From positions 1,612,001-1,676,000 of the forward strand of contig NC_043006.1 in NCBI RefSeq assembly GCF_006345805.1: 64,000 nucleotides of DNA. The letters run 5' to 3'. A model generated the notes under the pieces. It had not been told where the DNA came from and did no database searches. It was given only the letters and a program-made list of their open reading frames with translations. Origin of the DNA: Octopus sinensis (lineage: Eukaryota). Made by a program: the position numbers and the translations under genes. Below, one piece after another: positions 1 to 11,185 of the stretch. The first letter of the stretch is position 1. Each line of letters opens with the position of its first letter.

Positions 1-75
1 ACACATCCATTAAGTATGTGATGTTGATACAATATTCTACTAAAAAAACTAATGCAAATGATTTTTACTTTGTAG

Positions 76-368
76 AATCGAGAGTGACTGTATTTCACCG
101 TGGATGTTTGGAAATTGAGAAAGATAGCCCAAGAATATGTGCTGAAAGGACCAATACAGAAATAGACATGAAATCAAACCTGGCCGTTATATTTTCTAGC
201 ATTAGCAAGTACAAAATTCTGTCATTTTCAGGACGCAGGTGTGTCTGTGATGACCATGTTTGCAACGAGGAATCTATTGCCGCCAGAAGTATGTATGCTT
301 CAAATAGTCTCCTACTTTTAGGTTTTACCATTTCTATGTTGTCTCAGGCCCTGATCAAGGATTATTAA
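76..368 (+). CDS. Terminal coding exon of a GPI-anchored Ly6/uPAR (three-finger, quiver/sleepless-like) protein
   Basis: Acceptor atttttactttgtag| at 75 (phase 1). Encodes ..VFHRGC-x10-C-x33-CVCDDHVCN, with the LU-domain C-x-C-x4-CN end, then a small-residue spacer (SIAARS) and hydrophobic tail LLLLGFTISMLSQALI. Stop TAA at 366-368. Upstream exons lie outside the window. Confidence 0.8.
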
Positions 369-679
369 TTAAGCAGAGAACAAAAGAAATTGTAAATGCT
401 TGTTTTTGATTATATTTTGTTAATGCAATTGCGTACTTTACTTTGATAAGCATTTTATACTTGTTTAAATAAAATATAAATTCTTGTAAATTTTTGATAA
501 CCTGTATATCTATCAGTCTGTCCGTATATTCAACCAATCAAACTATTCATTACCAAGTCCAACCAAAGAAATATATTTTGTTGTATTTCTCACCGTTGTA
601 TAAAAATGTGAATTCAACAAATACAAGAACATTTATATCAAAATCATTTCTTCATAATATCTGTCTAGATTGGAAGTTT

Positions 680-725
680 AATAAAGAAAATGCATAGAAA
701 TAACTGGTTTTTTTTTGTTTTTTTT
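680..725 (+). terminator. Probable polyadenylation signal of the Ly6-like gene
   Basis: AATAAA at 680-685 followed by a T-rich downstream element (about 708-725). A second AATAAA lies at 468-473. Confidence 0.45.
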
Positions 726-819
726 ATCTTCCGCTTACCTATTACAAAGCTCCTAAAATTTCTAGACTTCAGTAATCCTGTGTAGTCCTATTTCATCTTT
801 TTATTGTTTTTTTATTGGT

Positions 820-935
820 GCCTGCATGGCTCCAGGTTCAGCCACCCTGCATAGCACCTTGGCTAAGTTGTCTTCTACTACAGCCTCAAGCTATGCCTTG
901 TGGGTGGATTTAGTGGAACGAAACTCAAGCAATGA
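820..935 (+). mobile_element. Degenerate 5' part of tRNA-derived SINE family AB
   Basis: catggctccaggttcag..caccttggctaagttgtcttctactacagcc..tgtgggtggattt aligns with the head and body of the copies at 20006-20440 and 48283-48699. Confidence 0.6.
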
Positions 936-1162
936 TGGGGGTTCCTTTCAGCTACCCTGTTGTGGTCTTGTTTTGAAAACAACTTTTCAATTTTGTTCGT
1001 ATCGGCTTTCAAATTTTGCTAGTAGCTTCAGGCATCATGTTTTGTTCCAAAATCCTACCTCGGTCTTCATTTCCATCAGCCATCTTACTTCCTTTTGGCT
1101 ACCCATATAAATAAACATACCTGGCCAACATGTGCTTCATTATGGATTTAGCCATCTTACAT

Positions 1163-1301
1163 TGGCATTAGGAAGGGCATCCAGCCGTAGAAACACTGCC
1201 AGATCTGACTGGGCCTGACGAAGCCTTCCAGCTTCACAGACCCCAGTTGAACCGTCCAACCCATGCTAGCATGGAAAGCGGACGCTAAATGATGATGATG
1301 A
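1163..1301 (+). mobile_element. RTE 3' tail (5'-truncated copy)
   Basis: ggcattaggaagggcatccag..ccatgctagcatgg..aaatgatgatgat matches the end of the RTE at 1441-3865. Confidence 0.85.
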
Positions 1302-1339
1302 TTTCACTCACATCCATCCAGTTACGTGCAGATAAGTTT

Positions 1340-1420
1340 TTGTTTCTCCCTTCCTCGCTTAATTCCACACTGTATTCTAGTATTCTATCTTATGCTGATG
1401 ATACTAAGATATTTGTGGGT
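1340..1420 (+). mobile_element. Tiny LINE reverse-transcriptase remnant (CR1/L2-like)
   Basis: Translates to ..ILSYADDTKIF, the YADD catalytic motif in a CR1/L2-like context. Confidence 0.45.
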
Positions 1421-1440
1421 GGTACCAAGTCCCAACCAGA

Positions 1441-3865
1441 CCAAGAGTGGAACAATGTAGTTCACAAGGCCATTAGAACAAAGAAACAAGCTTGGAAGGA
1501 CTGGAAGCATGGTGGTGGCAAGGAGCTATTTCAGGCAGCTAGAAGGGAAGCTAGGAAGCGGGTATACTTAGCCAGGGGTGAAGCAGAAAGGGAGAGGTTT
1601 GCCAATGTTCTGCAGCATGAAGGTCAGTGGCTTGAAGTGTTTCAGATTGCAAGACAGTGTAGCAGGCAAAATTGTGATGTTGTAGAGAAATGTGTTTGCA
1701 TGGATGATGGTTCACTTGCAGTTAGTGACTCTGAAAAGAAAGAGGCTTGGAAGTGCCACTATGAAAGGCTACTAAATGTTGCATTGTAGACAAAGCCATG
1801 AAGGATATGAAGACAGGAAAATCCCCTGGCCCATCCGGAATAACCATCCGGAGATGTTTAAGATATCTAGTGTGGTTATGGTTTAATCACCCCTATCGTT
1901 AATTGGGGGGTAGGCGAAGGAGTCATGCCCAGTGACTGGTGTAGCAGCACCATAATCAACTGCTACAAATGTAAAAGTGATGCCTTAGATAGAAATAATT
2001 ACGGAGGTATCAAATTGTTGGATCAGGTGATGAAAGTCACAGAGAGGTTCATAACCCAACTAATTAGGGAGAGAGTTTGTCAATATGAGTTTGGCTTTGT
2101 GCCAGGGAGAAACACCAATGGTGCTATATTTCTGGTAAGGCAGCTGTAGAAGAAATACCTAGCCAAAGATAAACCTTTGTACTTCACTTTTGTTGATATG
2201 GAAAAAGCCTTTGATGGGGTCCACCAATCCCTTATCTGGTCAATGAGAAAACTAGGGATAGACAAGAGGTTAATGAGATCTGTACAAGCCATGTACTGGG
2301 ATGCTGCCTATAAGGTGAGGGTTGGCAACAAGTATAGCAATGTATTCAGGTTACAAGTAAGGGTTCACCAAGGATCAGTCCCCGGCCCCCTCCTGTTCAA
2401 TAACCGGAATTTAAGATGTGCTGCCCCTGAGAGCTCCTCTATGCTGATAACCTTGTTCTTATAGCTGAATCACTACCAGAACTAGAGGAGAAATTTCAGG
2501 TGTGGAAACAAGGTCTATAATTGAAGGTCCTTCAAGTTAACCAAGCAAAAACCAAAGTTTTAGTAAGTAAGAAAGCAGAGAAGTCATAGATGCTTTCAGG
2601 TAGATGTAGGAAAGGCAAAGGTAGAAATTCTATAAGATGTACCCAATGCAAGCTATGGACACATAAAGAGGTGCTGCAATATCAGAGGAAGGCTAACTGG
2701 GAAAATAGTTTTTGTGTGTGGAAGGTGCACAGGTACAATGAACACTAAAAATGTACAGAAAATAGACTCCATCAAATGCCAGTGGGGTACACTAGAGGTA
2801 ATTGATAACTTCCATTATCTAGGTGACCAAATCAGTAGCAGAAGCGGATGCTCCAAGAGAATAGCTGTGAGAATAAGAATGGGATGGGCAAAATTCAGAA
2901 AGCTCAAACCTCTGTTGGTAACAAAGAGCCTCTCCCTCAGAGAGTAAGGCAGACTGTATGGTACCTGTGTGCAAACAGCTATGTTAAATGGCAGTGAAAC
3001 ATGGGCTGTGACTGCCAAAGACATGTGTAGGCTTGAAAGAAAATGAAGCTAGTATGCTTCGCTGGATGTGCAATGTCAGTGTGCATGTTCAACAGAGTGT
3101 AAGCATCTTGAGAGAAAAGTTAAGCGTAAGAAGAATCAGATGTGGTGTGCAAGAGAGACGACTGTGCTGGTATGATCATGTGATGCATAAGGATAAGGGC
3201 AACTGAGTAAAGAACTGCTGATCTCTAACTGCGGAGGGAACCTGTAGATGGGGTAGACCTAGGAAGACATGAGATGAGGTGGTGAAGCATGATCTTCAAA
3301 CTTTGAGCCTCACTGAGGCAATGTTAAGTGACTGAGACCTTTGGCAATATGCCATGCTTGAGAAGACATATCAAGCCAAGTGAAATCGTATTCATGGTCA
3401 ATGCTAGTGACACATAAAATGCACCTTTTGAGTGTTGGGCCTCACAGAGACAATGTGGCTGCTGGTGGTGTCTCATAGCTAGCACTTGTGCTGGTGTCAT
3501 GTAAGTAACATCTGTGCCAGTGACACATAAAAAGCAACTATTGAGCATGGGGCCTGACGGAGGCAATGACAAATGACCAATACCTTCAGCAATATGCTAT
3601 GCTTAAGTAGAAGACCCATCAAGCCAAGTGAAACTGTAGTCATGGCAGTTACTGGTGTCACACAACTGGCAGCCAGTGGTACATAAAAGCACCCATTATA
3701 CTCTTGGAGTGGTTGGCATTAGGAAGGGCATCCAGCTGTAGAAACTATATCAAATCAGACTGGAGTCTGGTGCAGCCCCTTGGTTTATCAGCTCTGGTCA
3801 AACCATCCAACCCATGCCGGCATAGATAACAGACATTAAATGATGATGATGATGATGATGATGAT
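1441..3865 (+). mobile_element. RTE-clade LINE, 5'-truncated and decayed (RT, PHD finger, thumb, 3' UTR)
   Basis: Frameshifted motifs NNYGGIKLL, FGFVPGRNT, FVDMEKAFD, VHQGSVPGPLLF, RCTQCKLWTHKRC..CGRC, YLGDQI and RIRMGWAKF. The 3' UTR has ggtggcacataaaaagcacc repeats and ends in (GAT)n. Confidence 0.92.
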
Positions 3866-3867
3866 AT

Positions 3868-4001
3868 GACAAGCTTCTTTCAGTTTCCATCAACCAAATC
3901 CATTCACAAGGCTATAGTAAAAGCCACTTGTCCATGGTGCCATGCAGTAGGACCCAGAACCATGTGGTTGGGAAGCAAGCTCCTTACCACACCTGTGCCT
4001 A
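3868..4001 (-). mobile_element. SINE family AB, 5' half
   Basis: The reverse complement reads aggcacaggtgtggtaaggagcttgcttcccaaccacatgg..gaaactgaaagaagc. Confidence 0.75.
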
Positions 4002-4170
4002 TGAATAACTTTATAAAGAGATCAAAAATCATCTTTATTATTTAATGTACATTTTCTATGCTGGCATGGGTTGGACAGCATTTTGACTGGATCTGGCAAA
4101 CCATAGAGCTATGCTGAGTTCTATGTTTTCTTTTTTCGTAACTGTATACCTACTTTTGCAACCCCACTGA

Positions 4171-4220
<50 letters not shown>

Positions 4221-4491
4221 GTATTAAAACAGAAATGAAAAGGTAAAGTGTTTGGTTAGACTTGGAAAGGACATTTAATTGAGCAATATAATAATAAAAG
4301 GATATACACAGTTTCTGCCAGCTGTTTCTAGAATATCCAAACTGTTGGAACATCGTGTCGAGCAAAGATTCCAGCATGTTCCTTCACTGTTACATATGTT
4401 TAACCTCTCCCTCTCTGATGATAGTATGGTGTTCCAATAGCTTGGATTTTCTAGAAACAGCTGTTAGAGACTGTGTGTACCTTATAAATTA

Positions 4492-5471
4492 TTATTATTA
4501 TTTTTTTTTTTCTTCTTTCAAATTTGCTTCCATTTCTTGCCGAGTGTCTTCCCAACTCCTAGGGCAAAGAAACTCATAGTATACATTGGTAGGCCATTAA
4601 ACTAAACTCACTAGTTCGTTCATTTTTTTTTTTTTTAAGTTAAATTAAAATACATGGGTAGTAATAGTTCTCACATCGACAATGCTCTTCTCAATACATG
4701 TGATGTACCAGTTAAGACAATCTTTTGCACTTCTTGCAGGGATGGTAAGCCAGGGGTCATTCTCATATAATTTTCGGTTCCCTTCTTGATCATTCCTAGT
4801 GCTCCTACGACCACTGGTATTGTAACCGCCTTGAGATGCCACATTTTCTCAATTTCAATGAGTAGGTCTTTGTATTTTCTGAGCTTGTCAAACTCTTTCG
4901 CTGAGATATTATGATCACAGGGGATGCTCATGTCGATCAATAAGCAAACTTTATTGTTTTGATCTTTCACAACAATATCTGGTTTATTGGCTTTGATGGT
5001 TCGGTCTGTATGTACTGGAAAGTCCCACAGAATCGTTACATTTTCTCCTTCAGTTACAGCCTCAGGGTGGTGATTATACCACTTGTCGGCAGTTTTGATA
5101 TTGTAATGCCGACTTATTAGCCAGTGTAGATATTGGCCAACTCTGTCATGTCTTAATTTATACTCCACTGGTGCTAAGACTTTACATCCAGAGATTAGGT
5201 GGTCCACTGTTTCAATCATGTCGTTGCAAAATTGGCATTTTGGGTCTGCTCCATTTTTCATCACATTGGCCTGGTAGTTCCGGGTTAATAGGCTTTGATC
5301 TTGAGCAGCCAGGATGGAAACTTGGCTCTCTGCTTTTAGCCCTGAGCTCTGTAGCCACTGATGGGTTTGCTTCTGGGCCACATATTTGCCGAGCAGAGGT
5401 TTCTCCTCCCACCTATCAGCCAATTGCTCATGCGTTTTTTTCGTTGCCATTATTTTCACCTTCTTTGCACC
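4492..5471 (-). mobile_element. R4/Dong-clade non-LTR retrotransposon (restriction-like endonuclease), 5'-truncated, inserted in (TAA)n
   Basis: Open 262-aa ORF at 4671-5459 with zinc knuckle CQFC..DHLISGC, RHD, KPDIVV..LIDMSIP, KYKDL and VVVGALG. The 3' end runs into A-tract plus (TAA)n, and the 5' junction abuts (TAA)n at 5472-5520. Confidence 0.92.
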
Positions 5472-5520
<49 letters not shown>

Positions 5521-5769
5521 CACATAGCTAAATTAAATGCTTTTCTCAAGTCTTGCCAAACCATTTTTCTTTTTATTTCTATTTTATTCTATACCTACCT
5601 GCTCAAAGGGAAGCTGCTTCAGAGAGGCAGTCACATCACATGCTCAACTGCAGTTCAAACTGGAATTTTGGAGTCATACCAAATTGAGCACTCTTAGTGC
5701 ATACCTATAAGTTTGATTCACCTTGATGAAAACTCCTTGTGTCTTGTGTGTGTGTGTGTGTGTGTGTGA

Positions 5770-5822
<53 letters not shown>

Positions 5823-5885
5823 AAGGCGCAATGGCTTAGTGGTTCGGGTGTCGCACTCACAATTGCAAGACCATGGTTTCGATTC
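5823..5885 (+). mobile_element. tRNA-like SINE head (family D), truncated
   Basis: ggcgcaatggcttagtggtt..ggtttcgattc with pol III A and B boxes. No tRNA 3' acceptor strand follows. Confidence 0.6.
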
Positions 5886-5924
5886 ATTTCATGTCACTCT
5901 GCGATCATTTCATTATCTGACATG

Positions 5925-6520
5925 TGGAACATCGTACATCTGCATGTGGGTATCATCTTTTCAGTTAATGAACCCAACTCTGTGGTTCACCATTCTCTGT
6001 TCAAAATTGTAACCAGCAATTTTAGGAATGTGAGAGCACGTCCTTCACAAATCGCTGAAAATTGTGGTTCCTGGAAGAATCAGGTGACATTTTCATTTCT
6101 CCAGCATGTCACAATTCTGACATGGCACTGCATAAAGAAAAACCTGTCTGGTCTTGTGACACACTCCTCTGATAACTCACTGCTCAGGTAGGACCCTTCC
6201 TCAGTTGTATTTACACCTTGAGAAGACTGCTTCATCAATCTCAACAATCTTCCCAGGGCTGCCAATCTTAAATGGATGACAAGCAGGTCCGCACATATTT
6301 CCCAACGGCTGTGCAATGGCTCATCTGCTGTTCTTCTGCACAAAAGTGGACTGAAGTCAATTCCTTGACCCACGAGAAAAAGAAAAGCAATACTGTTCCA
6401 AGAGAACAGGTGTCACCTTCAAACCACATATCTTTCCTCACAGACACAGACTCTTTGCATCTCCAAACAGACAGGTAAAATTTCCAAACAGATGGGCACA
6501 AGCAGTAGAACACAGTGTCA
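5925..6520 (-). pseudogene. Merlin (IS1595/ISXO2-like) DDE transposase relic
   Basis: Manual translation: SVRKDMWFEG..WVKELTSVHFC..IGSPGKIVEIDEAVFSRCKYN*GRVLPEQ*V..ILPGTTIFSDL*R..VNH. Several stops and frameshifts are present and no TIRs were found. Confidence 0.85.
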
Positions 6521-7631
6521 ACACATATGGTTTCACATAGAATATATTTGCCAACATATGTGCTTCCTTGCAGAGCAAAGAGTTTGGGTGTTTGGCTTGT
6601 TACTATGGAAACAGGCATGAATGAGTCTGTGACTTACAATTGGCTAAAATTACCCCAGATTTGCAAACTTTAAAAGCTAATAACTCTTTGATTGTTGATT
6701 TATGGTGTAAATGAATTTCATAGCAATGATTAACATACAAAACTACATCATTACACCAACTATGAAATCAATTGGAACAGAAATTGAAGAAATTGAAAAG
6801 TAGCCAAACAGAAAAGATCCTGTCTGAGACTGCATTACTTAATATATCATTCAATTTTTAAAGTGTAACATGTGATGTGTTGGAGGTTTGGCTGTTATTT
6901 CTAGCAACTTGACAGACCATTTAGAAACTCTTTCATTGGTTTTAATAATACATGTATTTTCTATTAAGCATATCTGAAGCAACCAAACACTATATAAATG
7001 TGAATGGGTGGGACTGAAAGTTGGCTCTTATCACTACTCTTGACCCTCTTTGATAGACAACAGTCTAATATAAACCAGAAAATTGCTTTTGTTATGACTA
7101 AAAGTTGAAATAAACCTATAATATCTCCTACACATTCTAAAGGTAATTTATCTTTTTACAGCTGGATTATATCCTCGATTAGACTTTGCCGATTAGCCGA
7201 GGGGAGAACCATTTTATGCCAGGAAGGCTAAAGTGACATCAACTGCCGTCGAATGAGGTCACATTTCAACAAAAGTTTTCTATTGCTAAACACATAACTT
7301 TATCAATTGTTATAATTCATAAAAGCTCTCACAAAATGTTTAAAAATAACTCAGACATTTTGGGGTAAGCACCCAATCAATTTTTTAAATTTTTTAATTC
7401 ATATTTTGAAAATTTCATCAGATTTCCATCTACCATGCAATTACAGCTATTTTAAATGAGTAATTATAGTTATAGACAAAGGAATATAAATTGGTGTTTC
7501 TAAAATAAATAATTTCTTGAAAAGATAGAGTTTAAATAAATTTAAATCAACAAAAATGACACCTAGAAACAGCACACAAATACGACACACTATAAACACT
7601 ACATTAAAAACAAGTATGGCTGTAGGGTGTG

Positions 7632-7922
7632 GAGGCGCAATGGCCCAGTGGTTAGGGCAGCAGACTCGCGGTCGGAGGATCACGGTTTCGATTCCCAGAT
7701 CGGGCGTTGTGTGTGTTTATTGAGCAAAAACACCTAAAGCTCCACAAGGCTCTGGCAGGGGGTGGTGGCGACCCCTGTTGTACTCTTTCTCTCACTCTTT
7801 CTTCCTGTTTCTTGAGTAATGCTGCGATGGACTGGTGTCCCGTCCAGCTGGGGGGGAACACATATGCCACAGAAACCCAGGAAACCAGGCCCATGAGCCT
7901 CGCTAGGCTTGAAAAGGGCGAT
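7632..7922 (+). mobile_element. tRNA-derived SINE family D (V-domain-like body)
   Basis: Head ggcgcaatggcccagtggttaggg..ggtttcgattccc and body gctgcgatggactggtgtcccgtccag. Similar to the copy at 47130-47388. Confidence 0.8.
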
Positions 7923-7944
7923 GTTTATCTGTTTTTTTTTTTAT

Positions 7945-8240
7945 GGCTGTATGGTATGAAACACGCTTACCAACCACATGGTCCCAGGTTCGTTCCCACA
8001 GCATGGTGCCTTGGATAAGTGTCTTCAACTATATCCCTAGGTTGACCAAAGCCCTGTTACAGGATTTGATAAACAGAAATTGAAAGACGTCAATCAGGTG
8101 TGTGCATGTGTGTGCGTGTGTGTTACTGTGTCCTCACTTTGACTTTTCGTGACAGTGTAAAACGAGTGTCAGAGTCATGTAAGCAGTGTTTTTTGTTCAT
8201 AAACATCTGTGAAAACGTCTCATCGTGGGTTAATATTACC
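7945..8240 (+). mobile_element. Diverged SINE related to family AB (alternative 3' half)
   Basis: accaaccacatggtcccaggttc..ccttggataagtgtcttc head and body, internal (TG)n and a different tail. Confidence 0.55.
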
Positions 8241-8249
8241 TTTCTTGGG

Positions 8250-8700
8250 AAGGTAGCAAGCTGACATGATCACTAGTACACTGGAAAAAATGTTTAGCAG
8301 CATTTTGTCCATCTTTACATTTTGAGTTCAAATGCTGCCAAAGGCGACTCTGCCTTTCATCCTTCCAAGGTGAATAAAATAAGTACCAGTTGAACCCTGG
8401 GTCAATGTAATCAACTGATGCCCTCCCCTGAAATTGCTGGCCTCGTGCCAAAATTTTAAAGCAATATTAACCTTGATACGAAGGTGGCAAGCTGGCAGAA
8501 TCGTTAGTATGCCAGGTGGTATTTAGTGGTATTTTGTCCATCTTTACATTCTGAGTTCAAATGCCACTGAGGCCAACTTTGACTTTCATCTTTGTGAGGC
8601 TGATAAAATAAGTACCAGTGGAACATTGGGGGTCGGTGTAACTGACTTATCCCTTCCCACGAATTTTGCTGGCCTTGTGCCAAAATTTGAAACCAATATT
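8250..8700 (+). mobile_element. Two tandem tRNA-derived SINE family C copies (Meta-domain-like)
   Basis: Each has ctggcagaatcgttag, gagttcaaat, tttgcctttcatcc..aataagtaccag and a tail ggccttgtgccaaaattt. Confidence 0.75.
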
Positions 8701-9444
8701 ACCTTACTTTGACATGGGCAAGGGTTGGTGTCAGGAAGAGTACCTGATCATAGAAAGTCTTCCTTAACAAAAAAGTGGACATGATGATGATGATGATGAC
8801 GATGAGGAGGAAGAGGAGGAGGAGGAGGAGGACATTAAAAACAACACACAAAAAACAACAAATGAAAACCGTAAACTAAGAATGGCACACTGACAAAACA
8901 GTAAAAATAACACACCAAAAATAGTACACTAAGTTAATCATTAATTTCCCTTTTATTTACCATTATTTAACAAAAACCATACCTATGGTAAAGGAGAAAT
9001 TACAACAAACACAAGTTTATATCATTTGTTCCTATGCATGTTTCATCGTTGTGGGTTTATTTTTTGAACTCTGCATTGGGTGTTCCAAGTGCATTTGGAT
9101 GCTTAACCAAAATGGATCATCAAGGGAACATTTTATTGCATTATAATTCTCTGAAATCTGACGTTGGACTGCAGACTGTGGTTCAAAGCAACCACAATGG
9201 TGAAAAACACATACTCTTTTACTCTTTAACTTGTTTCAGTCATTTGACTGTGGCAATGCTGGAGCACCGCCTTTAGTCGAGCTAATCGACCCCCAGGACT
9301 TATTCTTTGTAAGCCTAGTACTTATTCTATCAGTCTCTATTTGCTAAACTAAGTTACAGGGATGTAAACACACCAGCATTGGATGTCAAGCGATGTTGTG
9401 GGGGGACAAACACAGACACACACACATACATATATATATATATA

Positions 9445-9763
9445 CAAATGAATGAAAGAATGGAGTTGAACAACGATTAACAAAATTCCTTTATTTTCGA
9501 CATATGTTTCGAAGGCTGCATATTCCTAATTTTGAAGGAATAAGGGGTGCATTATGCCGCCTTCTCATCAGGAAAAACAAGGAACTTATGTCAGCATAAA
9601 GATGCACAAAAACTTTTAGATGACTGCCCGCACGGAGCCCATAGCGATAATGATAGTGATCTCTGCCCTTGGCATGTAGCTTCAACCGTGTTTCTCTGAC
9701 GTGAATTTGCAACCTAGGTATCGGTTAACCGAATTATCCATAATAAGATAATTCATTCAATTA

Positions 9764-9765
<2 letters not shown>
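9445..9765 (-). mobile_element. Short non-coding hammerhead-bearing element (Penelope-LTR-like)
   Basis: A unique 320-bp block flanked by (TA)n inside a SINE. It contains the hammerhead below and has no credible ORF. Confidence 0.6.
9494..9576 (-). ncRNA. Type I hammerhead ribozyme with intact catalytic core
   Basis: The minus strand reads TTTTC-CTGATGA-GAAGGC..GCCTTC-GAAA-CATATG-TC-GAAAA. Stem I is 5 bp, stem II is 6 bp plus extension, stem III is A-U/C-G with palindromic CATATG, and the cleavage triplet is GUC. Confidence 0.85.
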
Positions 9766-9811
<46 letters not shown>

Positions 9812-10074
9812 TACGATGGGCTTCTTCAGTTTCCATCTACCAAATCCACTCACAAGGCTTTGGTTGACCCGAGGCTATAGTAGAGAACACTTGCCCAAGG
9901 TGCCACGCAGTGCAACTGAACCCGGAACCATGTGGTTGGTAAACAAGCTACTTACCACACAGCCACTCCTACGCCTAATATGCAAAAATGATAATTAATA
10001 TTCAGTAGATATAAATGTTTACAATTTATCCTAATATTTATCGTGAATGAAAAGTGTCCATAACATAAATAATA

Positions 10075-10266
10075 TTAAATTTCATGTGTTTCTTCCATTT
10101 GTGTGGCACTGGTCGGGATGAAGTCTTTGATGTGAGCCCAATTGTTACAAACGAACGAAAGTCCCACCGATCGCCAGTTGGGCAAGATCATGACGAGGCT
10201 TTCACCCGGTAGCAACAAAAGGAAGAATTCTTGCTTCTCTCCTCTCCATCTGATTTTCACGTCTTC
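10075..10266 (-). CDS. Predicted last coding exon of a minus-strand host gene
   Basis: Strong acceptor gttttgtatctttctttag|. Phase-0 frame is open for 63 codons (EDVKIRWRGEKQEFFLLLLPGE..NWRSVGLSFVCNNWAHIKDF..EI*). Unique, GC-richer than its flanks. No clear polyA signal was seen. Confidence 0.5.
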   Translation of the reverse strand, partial: EDVKIRWRGEKQEFFLLLLPGESLVMILPNWRSVGLSFVCNNWAHIKDFIPTSATQMEETHEI

Positions 10267-10334
10267 CTAAAGAAAGATACAAAACATAAATGAATTTTCA
10301 GAAAAGGACCATCATAGGAATATAAGGAACAATG

Positions 10335-10690
10335 AATAATATGGCTTCAAATTTTGGAACTTTAGCAAAAAATTTACTAAGGGAGGGAACTAGTCAATTA
10401 CTTCGACCCCAGTATTTCACTGGTATTTAATTTATTGACCCTGAAAGGGTGAAAGGCAAACTTGACCCTGAGCGGAATTTTCACCCTATCAATGATAATG
10501 ATAACTGTTTCAAAATTTGGCATAAATCCAGCAATTTTGGTAGGAGGGTGTTAATTACTTCAACCCCAGTATTCAGCTGGTACTTACTTTATCAGCTATG
10601 AAAGTAGATAAAAGTTGACCAGGACATAAAGGTCAGGAGAAATGACACTAAGCCTTTTGTCTGACACACTAACAATTCTGCCGACTTGCT
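10335..10690 (-). mobile_element. Two SINE family C copies
   Basis: cccagtatt..ctggta..ttatt..gaaagg..aaagttgacc pattern present twice in reverse orientation. Confidence 0.6.
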
Positions 10691-11062
10691 GTCTTAACAT
10701 TGGATAATATGAAGAACAAAATTTACCAAATTCTACAATGGCATAAGTGAAATATCAGTAGTTTTGATGTGTTGGAACATCCTGTGGTGTCATCTGGAAA
10801 AGCATATTTTTTTTCCAGATTCAACCAAAATATTTCTTCTAAAAAGAATGACAAGGTTCTGAGATAATCCAAAGTCATGTTTTGCATGAAAAACACACAT
10901 TTAAGTCAGGGGTAAACATATTTGATACTTTTGTGACCATATTCCTGTTGCAATTCACTGCCTGTGTTTCAAAAAATTTTGAAAGTAATGAAGAATTTAT
11001 TGAATTATAACACTATTGTCATCAAGTTGGATTTTGAAGCATAAATTATAATGAAATATTAG

Positions 11063-11185
11063 GCACAGGTGTGGCTGTGTGGTAAGAAGCTTGCTTCCCA
11101 ACCACATGATTCCAGGTTCAGTTTCACTGCACGGCACCTTGAGCAAGTGTCTTCTTCTATAGCATTGGGCCAACCAAAGCCTTGT
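11063..11185 (+). mobile_element. SINE family AB 5' part, truncated at the Penelope-like fragment
   Basis: ggcacaggtgtggctgtgtggtaagaag..aaagccttgtg, then an abrupt switch to GIY-YIG coding sequence. Confidence 0.8.

Larger units (their letters stand above)
9213..9975 (-). mobile_element. SINE family AB, full length, interrupted in its internal microsatellite
   Basis: tRNA head at 9975 (ggcgtaggagtggctgtgtggtaagtag) and (AAAAGAGT)n tail at 9213. The internal (TA)/(TG) tract carries a 320-bp insertion. Confidence 0.85.

Noticed and set aside
95-331. Minus-strand 78-aa ORF
   Set aside because: It is the antisense shadow of the Ly6-like exon, and the nearest acceptor gives stops in all frames.
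5823-7705. tRNA-like sequences at 5823 and 7632 (and other SINE heads)
   Set aside because: They have A and B boxes but no complete cloverleaf, and they continue into SINE bodies.
10727-10793. Minus-strand acceptor/donor pair (67 nt)
   Set aside because: The frame required by the upstream exon hits TGA after 12 codons and no known motif is present. It is kept only as a possible alternative end.
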